Source: Vulcanimicrobiota bacterium
GTDB lineage: Bacteria; Vulcanimicrobiota; Vulcanimicrobiia; Vulcanimicrobiales; Vulcanimicrobiaceae
Assembly (NCBI GenBank): GCA_963833095.1
Contig: CAWHWQ010000005.1
Span: 384,001 to 448,000 of the forward strand
DNA length: 64,000 nucleotides
Direction: 5' to 3'
The notes beneath the pieces are model-generated. The model was given only the letters and a program-made list of their open reading frames with translations, did no database searches and had not been told where the DNA came from. The position numbers were made by a program, and so were the translations under genes. Below are positions 22,835-32,360 of this stretch, in pieces (position 1 is the first letter of the stretch; each line of letters opens with the position of its first letter).

Positions 22835-23662
22835 TCAGTCGCGCTTGAGCGCGAGGGTCAACAGCGACGGAGTGATGCCCACCTTTTCGAAATCGTAGAG
22901 ATCGATGCCCTCAACGACAACACCGGCCTTTCGCATCCGCGCGAGCGCCGTGCGATAACGAGCGTCGGCAATCACGTGATGCTCGCCTAAGCAAACCACA
23001 CCCGCGGCGTGTTCCTCGCCGAGCTCGAGTTGGATCGTTTTGAATCCGGCGAATGCCTCTGCATCGACCTTGTCGGGCGCAATCACCACGGTGTCGCGAG
23101 CGACGGCCGACGCGACCGAACGTAGCGAGACGACATCCGATGCGAGCGCAACTTCGATCACGTCGAATCCATGCGCGCGCGCGACAGCGGTAAACCCGGC
23201 TCGCCCGATCGCGTTACCGCGTGTACTGCGGCCAAGGAATGCGGTACGGCCGACAAGCAACACGTCCCCGCCGTCGAGCAACCCCGGCGCCGCAATCGTT
23301 CCGGCAATTGGGACATCAAGTCGCGAGCATTCGCTTTCAAAGCGATCGGCTTCGGCCCGTCGCGACATCGCACTCGGGCGCATCACCATCGCACCGTCTT
23401 CAAAGACCACCGCCGCGTCACCGATCGCTGTTTCGTACGGATCCTCGCCGCGCGGCTCGAGCACGATCGTGTCGACGCCAAAATATGCCAGCGTCTTGCG
23501 CAAGATCTCATGCTGTTCGAGCGCGCGCGCGTACACAGCGCCCGGTTCGCCCGGCAACGGCGTTGCTTGTTCCAACGTTGCGGTCGGTTTCATCAGCATC
23601 ACGGCGCGCAATTTACCGGTGGGTGTACCCACCAGCCGAGGACCAAAGTTGATGGTCGTCAT
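22835..23662 (-). CDS. Amidinotransferase/dimethylarginine dimethylaminohydrolase (DDAH)-fold protein, catalytic residues apparently missing
   Basis: A..QH, RP....RR.E, I.APG.LDGGDVL, G.S.R.N..G patterns of DDAH. Confidence 0.75.
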   Translation of the reverse strand: MTTINFGPRLVGTPTGKLRAVMLMKPTATLEQATPLPGEPGAVYARALEQHEILRKTLAYFGVDTIVLEPRGEDPYETAIGDAAVVFEDGAMVMRPSAMSRRAEADRFESECSRLDVPIAGTIAAPGLLDGGDVLLVGRTAFLGRSTRGNAIGRAGFTAVARAHGFDVIEVALASDVVSLRSVASAVARDTVVIAPDKVDAEAFAGFKTIQLELGEEHAAGVVCLGEHHVIADARYRTALARMRKAGVVVEGIDLYDFEKVGITPSLLTLALKRD

Positions 23663-23674
23663 CGTTTCCTTAAT

Positions 23675-26065
23675 TTAGGGGAGGGCCTGGTACGTGGTCG
23701 GATACGGGACTTGTCCAAAGAAATCCGCCATATCCGTCGAGAGCAGGTCCGCCAATGAGAGTCCGGGGAGACCTAAGAGCTCCTCTTCGGTCTTGACCAC
23801 GCTTGCGACCGAAAGGTGCGCATGACCCACATAACCGGGGCGCGCGAGCGGCGAAACGACCAGCGCATAGCTCCGGGCGCGGTTAACGTGATCGCGCGGA
23901 CCGGCTACACCCTCTCCCACCACAAAGATCGCGGTCGACGACCAGTGCGGGGTACGGCTCAGAAACGCCACCGCCTGGCCCAGCGCACGGTCAGCCGCAG
24001 CCATGCCGCCCGCATCGCTCGCCGGCAACCACAAATACGTGAACGCCGGTTCCTGGTCACTTTGAACCAGGCGCCCCATGTCGTCGACGAACTGGGCGAC
24101 CCGCGCGTCGTCCCCGATCGCCGGATTCCATCCCGGGTAATCGAGGTCGACATTCCCGTCCAGCGCGGCAAGCGCCGGCACGTCGAGGGTATAGCTGCCC
24201 CCAAGGCCCGGCACGGCCGGCCGTGGGTTGCGCCCACGGGTGTTCACCGGCGAGGCCCGGTAGCCCGAGAGCGCGAGTAGCCCGCCGTAGTCCCGGTACG
24301 AAAGACGAGCTCGAGAGAGCGCGTTGAAAAGATAGCCAACGCGCGGATAATCTTCGGGATCGTCGCCGCGATCGTCGAGCGGAAGCCGCGCGGTGTTTAC
24401 CTGCACCGCGCGCTGCGCGTACAGGGTCGCTGCTCCGCCGAGCTCCGCTAACGCGTTGATATCGAGATTCGAATCGGCGACGTAAAAATTGTCAGCGATG
24501 CCGTATGCGTTCGCGAGCGCGTGCAGATTCGGTGTCACACTCGCGCCGTCGGTAACGTACGATGGATCGCCGTTCCCGCGGCCAAGGTCGCCGAAGATCG
24601 CGTCGTAGCTTTCATCGCCAACGGCAATGAAGACGACGTGATCGATCACGTTGCTGCGCTTTCCCGAGTGCAGGGTCGGCACCACGTTGTTTCGTTTCGG
24701 GGAAATCTGCGTGCGATTGTAGCGCAACGCGGAGTACGTCGCCGCAGCGAGCGGCAAATGCGCCAAATCGACCCGTTGCAACTCACCCCAGCCGTCGACG
24801 CCCTTGGCCGCGGTAATGTAGAGGTAACGTCCATCCGGCGACAGAGCGAGCGCCGACGGATACCAGGCCGTGGGGATCAATCCGAGACGGTGCAGGCGGG
24901 CGGGATCGTGTGCATCGATCACGGCGACAGCGTTGAGCCCGGCAAGCGCGACATAGAGCCGCTTGTCGTCGCGGGAGAGCGCTTCAGCGCTGGGCTGCGT
25001 TCCGTACGGCGACGTGAAGGTCTTGGTGACGAAGAAACGCAGGTCCAAGCCGGGAACGACATGCGGATCACCGTCGAGCTGCACCGTTGCTACCCGATCG
25101 ACGTTCGCAAGCGTCACGTACGCATAGCCTCCGGCGTGACGCGCAACCACGGCATCGGGGCGCGCACCGCCAACGTTGTCCACGCCGTCAGGAACGGGAT
25201 CCATCGGCACACTGGCCGCGGCGGACTGCGCGGAAAACGCGCCGGTCCCATCAAGCGCAAAGATCGAGAGCGATGACGATTGCAGTGGATCGGCGCTCGC
25301 AGGGGCAAACTTTGGCGCCGGCACCGGTTGGGCGAGCGGCGCGTACGCCGAAAGGCCGCCATTCGCGAGGATGATGCGGTCGCCGGCTGTCGCGATGCCG
25401 GCCGGAAAATATCCGGTGGGCGCGTTGCCAAGCACGCGCCGCGTCGCAAGGTCGATTGCGCTTACCCGTCCGGAAAGATTGCTGGCCACGTAAGCCACGC
25501 GCCCACCGGATCCAAGTGCGATAGCATCGGGAAATCCGGGGACAGAGATGCTTTGCTCAGGTGTCAGCGTTCCATCGGCGCCAAGATCGAAGCAACGCAC
25601 CAGGCCGTGCGCTCCGTCCGAAGCGAGTACGAGCGTGCGCGACGGATTTGCCGGATCGATGGTCGCGGCAAGACCCGTGAAGAGGCTCAGCGCAGCATCC
25701 CGATAGACGCTGACGACGCTCATCGCATGGGTATCGACCACCGCCAGACTGTATCCGGCGACCACATTGGGTGCCGAAAGCGGCGGTGCGCCCAGCCCCG
25801 GATTCTGCTCGGCGTTCCCAACGACCGCGAAGCGGCCGTCGGGCGAGATGGCGAGTCCGAGCGGATCGGTGCCGACAAAGGCGGACATGCCCACCGGAGC
25901 AGCGATGCGGCCGTCGGGGAGCACGGCGTCGGTCGGCCGCAGCGCTGAAGCGCCGGCGGGCCGTGTGCCGGAGGGGGCGACATAGACGGGGTAGGGCATC
26001 GGACGCGGGGCTGCGCCCAGCAAAACGGCGGCCAAAGCCGCCGCGAGGGGTCCTCGGAAGTTCAC
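23675..26065 (-). CDS. Secreted YncE-like beta-propeller / phosphoesterase-like bifunctional protein
   Basis: Signal peptide, repeated P..LA.SPDGR..YV propeller blades, TPNLHALA..Y...DNFY and DHV.....S C-domain. Confidence 0.75.
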   Translation of the reverse strand: MNFRGPLAAALAAVLLGAAPRPMPYPVYVAPSGTRPAGASALRPTDAVLPDGRIAAPVGMSAFVGTDPLGLAISPDGRFAVVGNAEQNPGLGAPPLSAPNVVAGYSLAVVDTHAMSVVSVYRDAALSLFTGLAATIDPANPSRTLVLASDGAHGLVRCFDLGADGTLTPEQSISVPGFPDAIALGSGGRVAYVASNLSGRVSAIDLATRRVLGNAPTGYFPAGIATAGDRIILANGGLSAYAPLAQPVPAPKFAPASADPLQSSSLSIFALDGTGAFSAQSAAASVPMDPVPDGVDNVGGARPDAVVARHAGGYAYVTLANVDRVATVQLDGDPHVVPGLDLRFFVTKTFTSPYGTQPSAEALSRDDKRLYVALAGLNAVAVIDAHDPARLHRLGLIPTAWYPSALALSPDGRYLYITAAKGVDGWGELQRVDLAHLPLAAATYSALRYNRTQISPKRNNVVPTLHSGKRSNVIDHVVFIAVGDESYDAIFGDLGRGNGDPSYVTDGASVTPNLHALANAYGIADNFYVADSNLDINALAELGGAATLYAQRAVQVNTARLPLDDRGDDPEDYPRVGYLFNALSRARLSYRDYGGLLALSGYRASPVNTRGRNPRPAVPGLGGSYTLDVPALAALDGNVDLDYPGWNPAIGDDARVAQFVDDMGRLVQSDQEPAFTYLWLPASDAGGMAAADRALGQAVAFLSRTPHWSSTAIFVVGEGVAGPRDHVNRARSYALVVSPLARPGYVGHAHLSVASVVKTEEELLGLPGLSLADLLSTDMADFFGQVPYPTTYQALP

Positions 26066-26126
26066 CCGCTTAGGCTACGGACGGGAAGCCCGGGGAACCT
26101 GCACTCCCAGCGAAGACTAAAGATGC

Positions 26127-27158
26127 GTGCGTTTTGTATTCGCTGCTTGGCTTGCTACTCGCGCTTTGATCGTTGCGATGTTTCTTGCTGCGAGCACGCA
26201 TCCGCTCGCGAGCGCCGGCAATTGGGACGGCGCGTGGTATGGATCGATCGCGCAGCACGGATATGGGTACGCGCAGATCGGCGCGCAGCGCGACATTGCA
26301 TTCTTCCCGCTTTTTCCCATGCTCGCGTCGCTGCTATTGCGCATCGGCATCGGATGGCCCCTCGCGGGCCTGCTCGTCAACAACGCGGCATTCCTCGGGG
26401 CACTCATTCTGCTCCACCGGATCGCGAGTAAACGATGGAACGCCGCGACGGCGCGCTGGTGCGTGGCATTTGCATGCGCTTGCCCACTATCTCTGTTCGC
26501 AAGCGTGGCCTATCGCGAGGGTGTCTATCTGTTTTTCAGCGCGCTCGCGCTATGGTTCGCGTTGCGATCGCAACGGCTCGCAAGCGGCCTGGCAGCTGCG
26601 GCCGCGAGCGCGACTAGCGCGATCGGCATCGCACTCGGAGGCGCGCTGATCATCGACGCCGTCCTGCATCGTCGCAGCGCGCGCGACATTGCGTCCGCAG
26701 CACTCGCATTCGCCGGTATCGGCGCCTTTGTACTCTTTTGCTATCTTCGTTTCGGAGACGCGCTCGCGTTTGCGAACGCCGAACATGGCTGGCGAACCGG
26801 CGGGGTTGACTTGAGCGCATGGCTTCGCGTGCTCGAAAGCCTGCGCCGTTGGGAGGGTCTGCGCGCGAATCTCATGGTAATCGTGCTCGTGCCGCTGGCG
26901 GCGGTCGCGATCGTCGTGCAGCGCAGGGCGCTGGGAGCGTTGCTCGCGCTCTACGGGATGTTAGCGATCGTCCTAATCATGCTTGGCGGCGAACCGATCT
27001 CGGCAGATCGTTACGCCTTTGCCGTGGTCCCGGTCCTCTTGGCGTATGGCCGCATTTTGCAGCGCATCCCGATCATAGGAGCGGCTGTGTTAGCGGCTTC
27101 GCTCTGCCTGCTCGCCTACGACGCGGTCCAATTCGCCCAATTCCACTGGGTCGCGTAG
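26127..27158 (+). CDS. GT-C membrane mannosyltransferase (PIG-V-like)
   Basis: WDGAWY..IAQHGY, AFFPLFP, P.S.F.S..Y.E motifs; many TM helices. Confidence 0.8.
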   Translation: MRFVFAAWLATRALIVAMFLAASTHPLASAGNWDGAWYGSIAQHGYGYAQIGAQRDIAFFPLFPMLASLLLRIGIGWPLAGLLVNNAAFLGALILLHRIASKRWNAATARWCVAFACACPLSLFASVAYREGVYLFFSALALWFALRSQRLASGLAAAAASATSAIGIALGGALIIDAVLHRRSARDIASAALAFAGIGAFVLFCYLRFGDALAFANAEHGWRTGGVDLSAWLRVLESLRRWEGLRANLMVIVLVPLAAVAIVVQRRALGALLALYGMLAIVLIMLGGEPISADRYAFAVVPVLLAYGRILQRIPIIGAAVLAASLCLLAYDAVQFAQFHWVA

Positions 27159-28598
27159 CCCGGCACCGATGCGGCGCGCGCCTTCGCGCGCTGTCGCGAT
27201 ATCGACGTGTCCAAACGAAAGGCGCAGCGCGGGCGGGCCACTGCGCGTTGGATAAAATGGCTCGGCCGGCATCACCAGTACTCCTTCGCGCGCGCATGCA
27301 TCGAAGGCCGCCTGCGTCGAGATGCGCGACGGAAGCGCGAGCCACACGTTGACACCCGCAGCCGGCGGGCGCACTTGCGCCCACGGGACATACGTCGTGA
27401 GCGCGTCGACGAACGCATCGCGGCGTTCTCGGTAGAGCGCGCGCGAGCTGCGCAGGTGACGTGAATATGCAGGGGAGTTCATGAAGCGCCACAACGCACG
27501 CTGCGTCAAGGTCGACGTAAACACATCGGCGCGCACCTTAGCGATTTCAAGCGCTTCGGCGATCGTGCCACGTGCATAGAGATACCCGATTCGGAGCGCC
27601 GGAAAGATGGATTTGGAGAGACTTTCCATCACGATCACGCGACCGTCGGTGTCGAAAGCAGCGAGCGGCTGCGGTGCGGCCGCGTCGTAGGTAACTTGCC
27701 ATCCCGTCTGATCTTCTAACACCATCACGTCATAGCGGCGCGCGAGCGCAACGATTTGCTTTGCGCGACGCGCCGGCAAAACGGCGCCGGTCGGATTCTG
27801 CGCGATTGGATTGACGTAAAATAAGCGCGGACGATATTCGGCGAAGACACGCTCGACATCGTCGACACGCACGCCGTCGTCATCGCTGCGTACCTCGACA
27901 TAGGCAACTCCGCGCGCGTCGAAGACGCCTAGTGTCCCCGAATACGTGGGGCTTTCGCTCGCCACCACACTGCGATCGTCGAGCAGAACCGTCGCGACCA
28001 AGTCGGCCGCTTGTTGCGCGCCACTGCAGACGATCATGTCGCTTGCACTCGCGCGTACGCCCCGTCCGCGTAAGAGCTCGGCGAGCGTTTCACACAGGTC
28101 GGGATCGCCGGTTGAAGAGCGGTATTGCATCGCCTCGGGCGGATCGTCGAGCAACGTGCGATGCACCGCGCGGCCGAAGTCTTGCAGCGGAAAAGTCTCA
28201 GGCGCCGGATGGCCGGTAGCAAGCGAGATCGCCCCCGGATGCGTCGCACGCGTGAGCTGCTCCATCACGCCGTCAAGACGCTGCGCGCGCGCGAAGCGCG
28301 AGACGTCGGGTTCCCAGCGACGCGCGAACGGCGATTCGCTCGCCGGCGGCGGCGCGACGAAGGTTCCTTTGCCCACGCGCGAGATGACGCGCCCGCGTGC
28401 GGCGAGCAGTTCGTAGGCTTGCGACACCGTCACGAGCGCGCAGCCCAGCTCGTGGGCCAGATCGCGCATGGCCGGCAAGCGAGCTCCAGACGCAAGTGCG
28501 CCGGACTCGATCGCCTGCGCGAACTGATCGGCTAGTTGTACGTAGAGGGGACGGCCGTCTCGCGCGTCGAGGGTTAGGGAAGCTCGGGAGAAGTCCAT
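27090..28598 (-). CDS. MocR/GabR-family regulator (GntR wHTH + PLP aminotransferase domain)
   Basis: PLYVQLA, RLP..RDLA.ELG....TV.QAY, GKGTFV, GAQQA, QNPTG, SLSKS..P.LRIG. Confidence 0.9.
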   Translation of the reverse strand: MDFSRASLTLDARDGRPLYVQLADQFAQAIESGALASGARLPAMRDLAHELGCALVTVSQAYELLAARGRVISRVGKGTFVAPPPASESPFARRWEPDVSRFARAQRLDGVMEQLTRATHPGAISLATGHPAPETFPLQDFGRAVHRTLLDDPPEAMQYRSSTGDPDLCETLAELLRGRGVRASASDMIVCSGAQQAADLVATVLLDDRSVVASESPTYSGTLGVFDARGVAYVEVRSDDDGVRVDDVERVFAEYRPRLFYVNPIAQNPTGAVLPARRAKQIVALARRYDVMVLEDQTGWQVTYDAAAPQPLAAFDTDGRVIVMESLSKSIFPALRIGYLYARGTIAEALEIAKVRADVFTSTLTQRALWRFMNSPAYSRHLRSSRALYRERRDAFVDALTTYVPWAQVRPPAAGVNVWLALPSRISTQAAFDACAREGVLVMPAEPFYPTRSGPPALRLSFGHVDIATAREGARRIGAGLRDPVELGELDRVVGEQAERSR

Positions 28599-28855
28599 GC
28601 GCCGATCGTTATGGCCCCGATGGTTGCAGATGCGAGGAGTCGGTGAGGAAGCATAGCCGCGGTGTTCTGTGACCGAACCGACGACGACGCAGATGCACCA
28701 TCGCGGCCATAACCCGAAGGGCGAGGACATTCCCTGTGCAACTCATCGTTGCATCCTCGGTCACAGAGCGCTGTGCTATGCTCCCTCGGCTGCGCCTTGA
28801 TTCGCACCGGAAATGCTCCTCGCGATCGGCACAGCGACTTCTTCCGAGCTTCCCT
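28576..28855 (+). ncRNA. Candidate ~280-nt highly structured RNA of unknown family
   Basis: Complementary arms 28576-28608/28823-28855, 28632-28639/28816-28823, 28645-28676/28757-28787 and crossing 28608-28634/28688-28713; most mismatches are G-U on the + strand. Confidence 0.6.
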
Positions 28856-28858
28856 CGG

Positions 28859-29551
28859 TCAACGTTTGTCGAGACGATAGCCGATGCCACGTACGCTCGA
28901 AATCTCGAGCGGAGCATCAACCTCGATCAGCTTCTTTCGCAGCGCCGCGACATGGACGTCGACGACGCGCGTGGGAACGCCCGACGTATCATTCCATACG
29001 TGCTCGAGGATCTGCGCGCGCGTAAGCAACCGCCCTTCGGCTTCGCCCAAAAACCACAAGAGGCGAAATTCGAGCGCCGTCAGAGGAACGTTCGTGGTGT
29101 TGTTGAGCAGCGTGTGAAAATCGCGGTCGAGCTGCGCACTGCCAAGAGCGAGGATATTGTTGCCCTCTTTCTTTGCCGTCGACTTCTCGCGGCGGCGCAA
29201 GAACGAGGCGATGCGCGCAACCAGCTCGTTACCGGAAAAGGGCTTGGTAATGTAGTCGTCCGCTCCAAGACCAAGGCCAAGCAGAATATCCTGTTCGCGC
29301 GAATGGCCGCTGACCATGAGGATGAAGCAATTGTTCGAGTTGGAGAGCGACGTGCAGACGTCAAGCCCGGAGATATCGGGCAGCCCGACGTCAAGCACGA
29401 CGACGTCGGGCTTATAGGTATCGGCAAGCTCGAGGCCCTCGGCGCCGCTAGAGGTTACCTTCACCTCGTAACCGGCGCGCTCGAGAACCGTCTGTTCTAA
29501 GCGGGCGACGTCCTCGTCGTCCTCGATAACCAACATCCGGGCTAGCGCCAC
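28859..29551 (-). CDS. OmpR/PhoB-family response regulator
   Basis: IEDD, LDVGLP, GADDYITKPF, LT..EF.LL, RVVDVHV..LRKK, VRGIGY; GGAGG RBS. Confidence 0.93.
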   Translation of the reverse strand: MALARMLVIEDDEDVARLEQTVLERAGYEVKVTSSGAEGLELADTYKPDVVVLDVGLPDISGLDVCTSLSNSNNCFILMVSGHSREQDILLGLGLGADDYITKPFSGNELVARIASFLRRREKSTAKKEGNNILALGSAQLDRDFHTLLNNTTNVPLTALEFRLLWFLGEAEGRLLTRAQILEHVWNDTSGVPTRVVDVHVAALRKKLIEVDAPLEISSVRGIGYRLDKR

Positions 29552-29578
29552 CGATTCACCTCCAACGGGTCAGAATGC

Positions 29579-31021
29579 CTATACCTTAGCTTCGATCTCT
29601 TCTTCCTCGGACTTTACCAGTGTCCGTCGGGCAACGCCTTCGTCCACGGCGGCGCTACCCACCGCCTTTGCGACCGCATCGACCACGCGAGGGTCGAAAA
29701 CGCTCGGGATGATGTATTCGGCGCTGCGCTCCTCGTCGGTGACCATCGAGGCGATGGCGTACGCTGCCGCGATCTTCATTCGCTCGGTGATGCGGCTCGC
29801 GCGAACGTCCAGCGCACCCCGGAAGATACCCGGAAACGCAAGCAGGTTGTTCACTTGGTTGGGGAAGTCCGAGCGTCCGGTCGCTACGACCGCCGCCACC
29901 GGGGCCGCGACGTCGGGCATGATCTCGGGCGTCGGATTGGCCATCGCAAAGACGATCGGATCGCGCGCCATCCCGGCAATATCCTCGGGTTTGAGGATTC
30001 CGGGTGCAGAGACGCCGATGAAGACGTCGGTGCCCCGCAGGACGTCGGCGAGCGTGCCCCGGCGATTTTCACGGTTGGTGTGCTCGGCGAGCCAGCGCCA
30101 GTGGGCATTGTCGTAGCGATCTTCGCGATTGATCGCGCCGTTGCGATCGACCGGGATAACGTCGCGCACCCCGGCTTCGAGTAACATTTTGATCGTTGCG
30201 GTTCCGGCTGCACCGCTGCCCGAAACGACGATCTGCAAGTCGTGCAAATCTTTGCCCACGACTTTAGCTGCGTTGATCAGCGCGGCAAGGATCACGACGG
30301 CAGTTCCATGCTGATCGTCGTGCATCACCGGAATGTCCAGCCGCTCGATCAGGCGCTGCTCTACTTCGAAGCACCGCGGTGCCGAGATATCTTCGAGATT
30401 AATGCCGCCGAAGACCGGCGCAATGCGCACTACCGTTTCGACGATCTCATCGACGTCTTTGGTGTCTAAACAAATCGGGAACGCATCGATGTTGGCAAAC
30501 TGCTTGAAAAGCATCGATTTGCCTTCCATCACCGGCAGCGCGCCGAGCGGGCCGATGTCGCCTAAGCCGAGCACCGCGGTACCATCCGTCACGACCGCAA
30601 CCGTGTTGCGTTTGATCGAGAGCTGAAAGGCCTTGCTCGGGTCTGCGGCGATGGCCATCGAAACGCGCGCGACGCCAGGCGTATACACCACCGAGAGATC
30701 GTTGCGCGTCTTAACCGGCATCTTCGGTTCAATGCGAATCTTGCCGCCGAGGTGCGCAAGGAAGGTCGAATCCGAGACCGAGATCACCCGCACACCTTCA
30801 AGGCGCTCAACGGCACGTCGCACTTCGGCGGCGATCACGTCTGAGCTGACGTTGATCGTCACGTCGCGCACGACTCGTGCGCGCGTGACCGAGCGCATAT
30901 CGACCGCGGCGACCTGTCCGCCGGCATCGCCGATTGCATTGGCTAGCGTCCCGAACGCGCCGTTCTCGTTCGGCATCTCCACGCGCATGATCAAAGTGAA
31001 ACTTATTGCTACCTGTGGCAT
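29579..31021 (-). CDS. NAD(P)-dependent malic enzyme with N-terminal ACT domain
   Basis: YTPGVA, DGTAVLGLGDIG, PVMEGK, INLEDI, HDDQHGT, TGRSDFPNQVNN. Confidence 0.93.
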   Translation of the reverse strand: MPQVAISFTLIMRVEMPNENGAFGTLANAIGDAGGQVAAVDMRSVTRARVVRDVTINVSSDVIAAEVRRAVERLEGVRVISVSDSTFLAHLGGKIRIEPKMPVKTRNDLSVVYTPGVARVSMAIAADPSKAFQLSIKRNTVAVVTDGTAVLGLGDIGPLGALPVMEGKSMLFKQFANIDAFPICLDTKDVDEIVETVVRIAPVFGGINLEDISAPRCFEVEQRLIERLDIPVMHDDQHGTAVVILAALINAAKVVGKDLHDLQIVVSGSGAAGTATIKMLLEAGVRDVIPVDRNGAINREDRYDNAHWRWLAEHTNRENRRGTLADVLRGTDVFIGVSAPGILKPEDIAGMARDPIVFAMANPTPEIMPDVAAPVAAVVATGRSDFPNQVNNLLAFPGIFRGALDVRASRITERMKIAAAYAIASMVTDEERSAEYIIPSVFDPRVVDAVAKAVGSAAVDEGVARRTLVKSEEEEIEAKV

Positions 31022-31028
31022 CTTCTCA

Positions 31029-32360
31029 TCAATTTCCGCTGATGGTCATCTCCGCCACGCGAAACGACGGAGCGACCGTCGAGCTATCGAAACGCAGATC
31101 GCTTGCCACCCTATCGACGCCTGCGAGCATCTCCGCAAAATTTCCCGCTACCGTGAACTCGTCGATCGGGTAGGCTAACTCGCCGTTTTCGATCATGAAC
31201 CCGCGCGCTCCCCGGCTATAGGCGCCGGTTGCGTGTTCGGTGGCAAATCCGATCGTATCGAGCACCAAGACGCCGCGGCCGGTCGCCGCAATCAGCTCGG
31301 CGAGCGATCCCCTCCCGGGTTCCAGATAGAAGTTATTGGCGCCGATGCCGCCGCCGGTCGAATTCCCGGTCGTCTGCGCCCCCAGTTTACGCGCGTAATA
31401 GCTGTCATAAAGGAACGTTCGCAACACCCCTGCTTCAAAGACCGGCGTGCGGCGCGTTGCCACACCCTCCCCGTCGAATGGCGCACTGCCCAAACGGCCC
31501 GGCAGCGTACCGTCGTCGACGATGGTAACCAGCTCGCTCCCAACGCGATCCCCGATTCGTTCCGCCAGCCACGAATTTCCGACCGCGACGCTGGATGCCG
31601 CAACCGCCGAAAACACGTCATCCAGCACCGACGCGGCGACGTCGCGTTCGAAGATCACGGCGGCCCGCATCGTCGGCGGCTTGCGCGCGCCAAACATCTC
31701 TACGGCGCGGCGTGCAGCAACGGCTCCGACCGCAGCCGAGTCCTCGAGATCGCGCATAAAGCGCCCGGCCGTTCCGTAGTGCGCGGTGCGCTTGGAGCCG
31801 TTCTCCTCGGCCAGCGGAGCGGTCGAGCGAGATGCGCGCGTGGCCGTATAGGCGCCGCGAAAGCCGCTCGAATTCGCAAGCGCGATCGCGCTCGTCGCAT
31901 CGCCATAGTGCGAACCGCTCGAATTGACGACGCGCCGATCTGCGGCACGAATTGCGCGTTCGAGGGCGAGGACGTCCTCGATTTTTTCCGCGTCGTCGCG
32001 AGCGCCGACGGCGGGGTCGTTCAGGGAAAGCTCGCCCAAGAATTGGCCGAATTCGTCGGGGAGCCGCGCAAAGGGGTCCTTCGTAACGTAGCGCGATTGG
32101 TCGAGCGCGCTGACGATTGCGGCACGAAGATCCGCGGGATCGAGCGATGAGCTCGCGACCGTAACGCGGCGCCCCTCCCACCATAAGCGAAGGTGCAGGC
32201 TCGAGCCGGCCGAGCGTTCGAGCTTGCTGATCGTTGTGTCGCGCGCCTCGACATGGAAGCGCTGCGTCCGTGAAAACGTCGCCTCTGCGCTCTGCGCTCC
32301 CGCCTCGATTGCAAGATCGACGGCGCGTGCCGCCACGTGGATCGCGTCATCGTTCGTCAT
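31029..32360 (-). CDS. pmbA: PmbA/TldE-family protein
   Basis: PFDGEG, G.YSRGA.GF.IENGE..P..E.TVAGN; no HExxH; follows tldD. Confidence 0.85.
   Translation of the reverse strand: MTNDDAIHVAARAVDLAIEAGAQSAEATFSRTQRFHVEARDTTISKLERSAGSSLHLRLWWEGRRVTVASSSLDPADLRAAIVSALDQSRYVTKDPFARLPDEFGQFLGELSLNDPAVGARDDAEKIEDVLALERAIRAADRRVVNSSGSHYGDATSAIALANSSGFRGAYTATRASRSTAPLAEENGSKRTAHYGTAGRFMRDLEDSAAVGAVAARRAVEMFGARKPPTMRAAVIFERDVAASVLDDVFSAVAASSVAVGNSWLAERIGDRVGSELVTIVDDGTLPGRLGSAPFDGEGVATRRTPVFEAGVLRTFLYDSYYARKLGAQTTGNSTGGGIGANNFYLEPGRGSLAELIAATGRGVLVLDTIGFATEHATGAYSRGARGFMIENGELAYPIDEFTVAGNFAEMLAGVDRVASDLRFDSSTVAPSFRVAEMTISGN

Noticed and set aside
28576..28855. Retron msr-msd or DNA invertible-switch interpretation of the inverted repeats
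   Set aside because: No reverse transcriptase or recombinase in the window; strand-biased G-U mismatches favour a folded single strand over recombination sites
28736..29500. 254-aa + strand ORF with a GAGGA before its GTG, starting inside the structured element
   Set aside because: Almost entirely antisense to a well-conserved response regulator and has no recognisable protein features; probable shadow ORF
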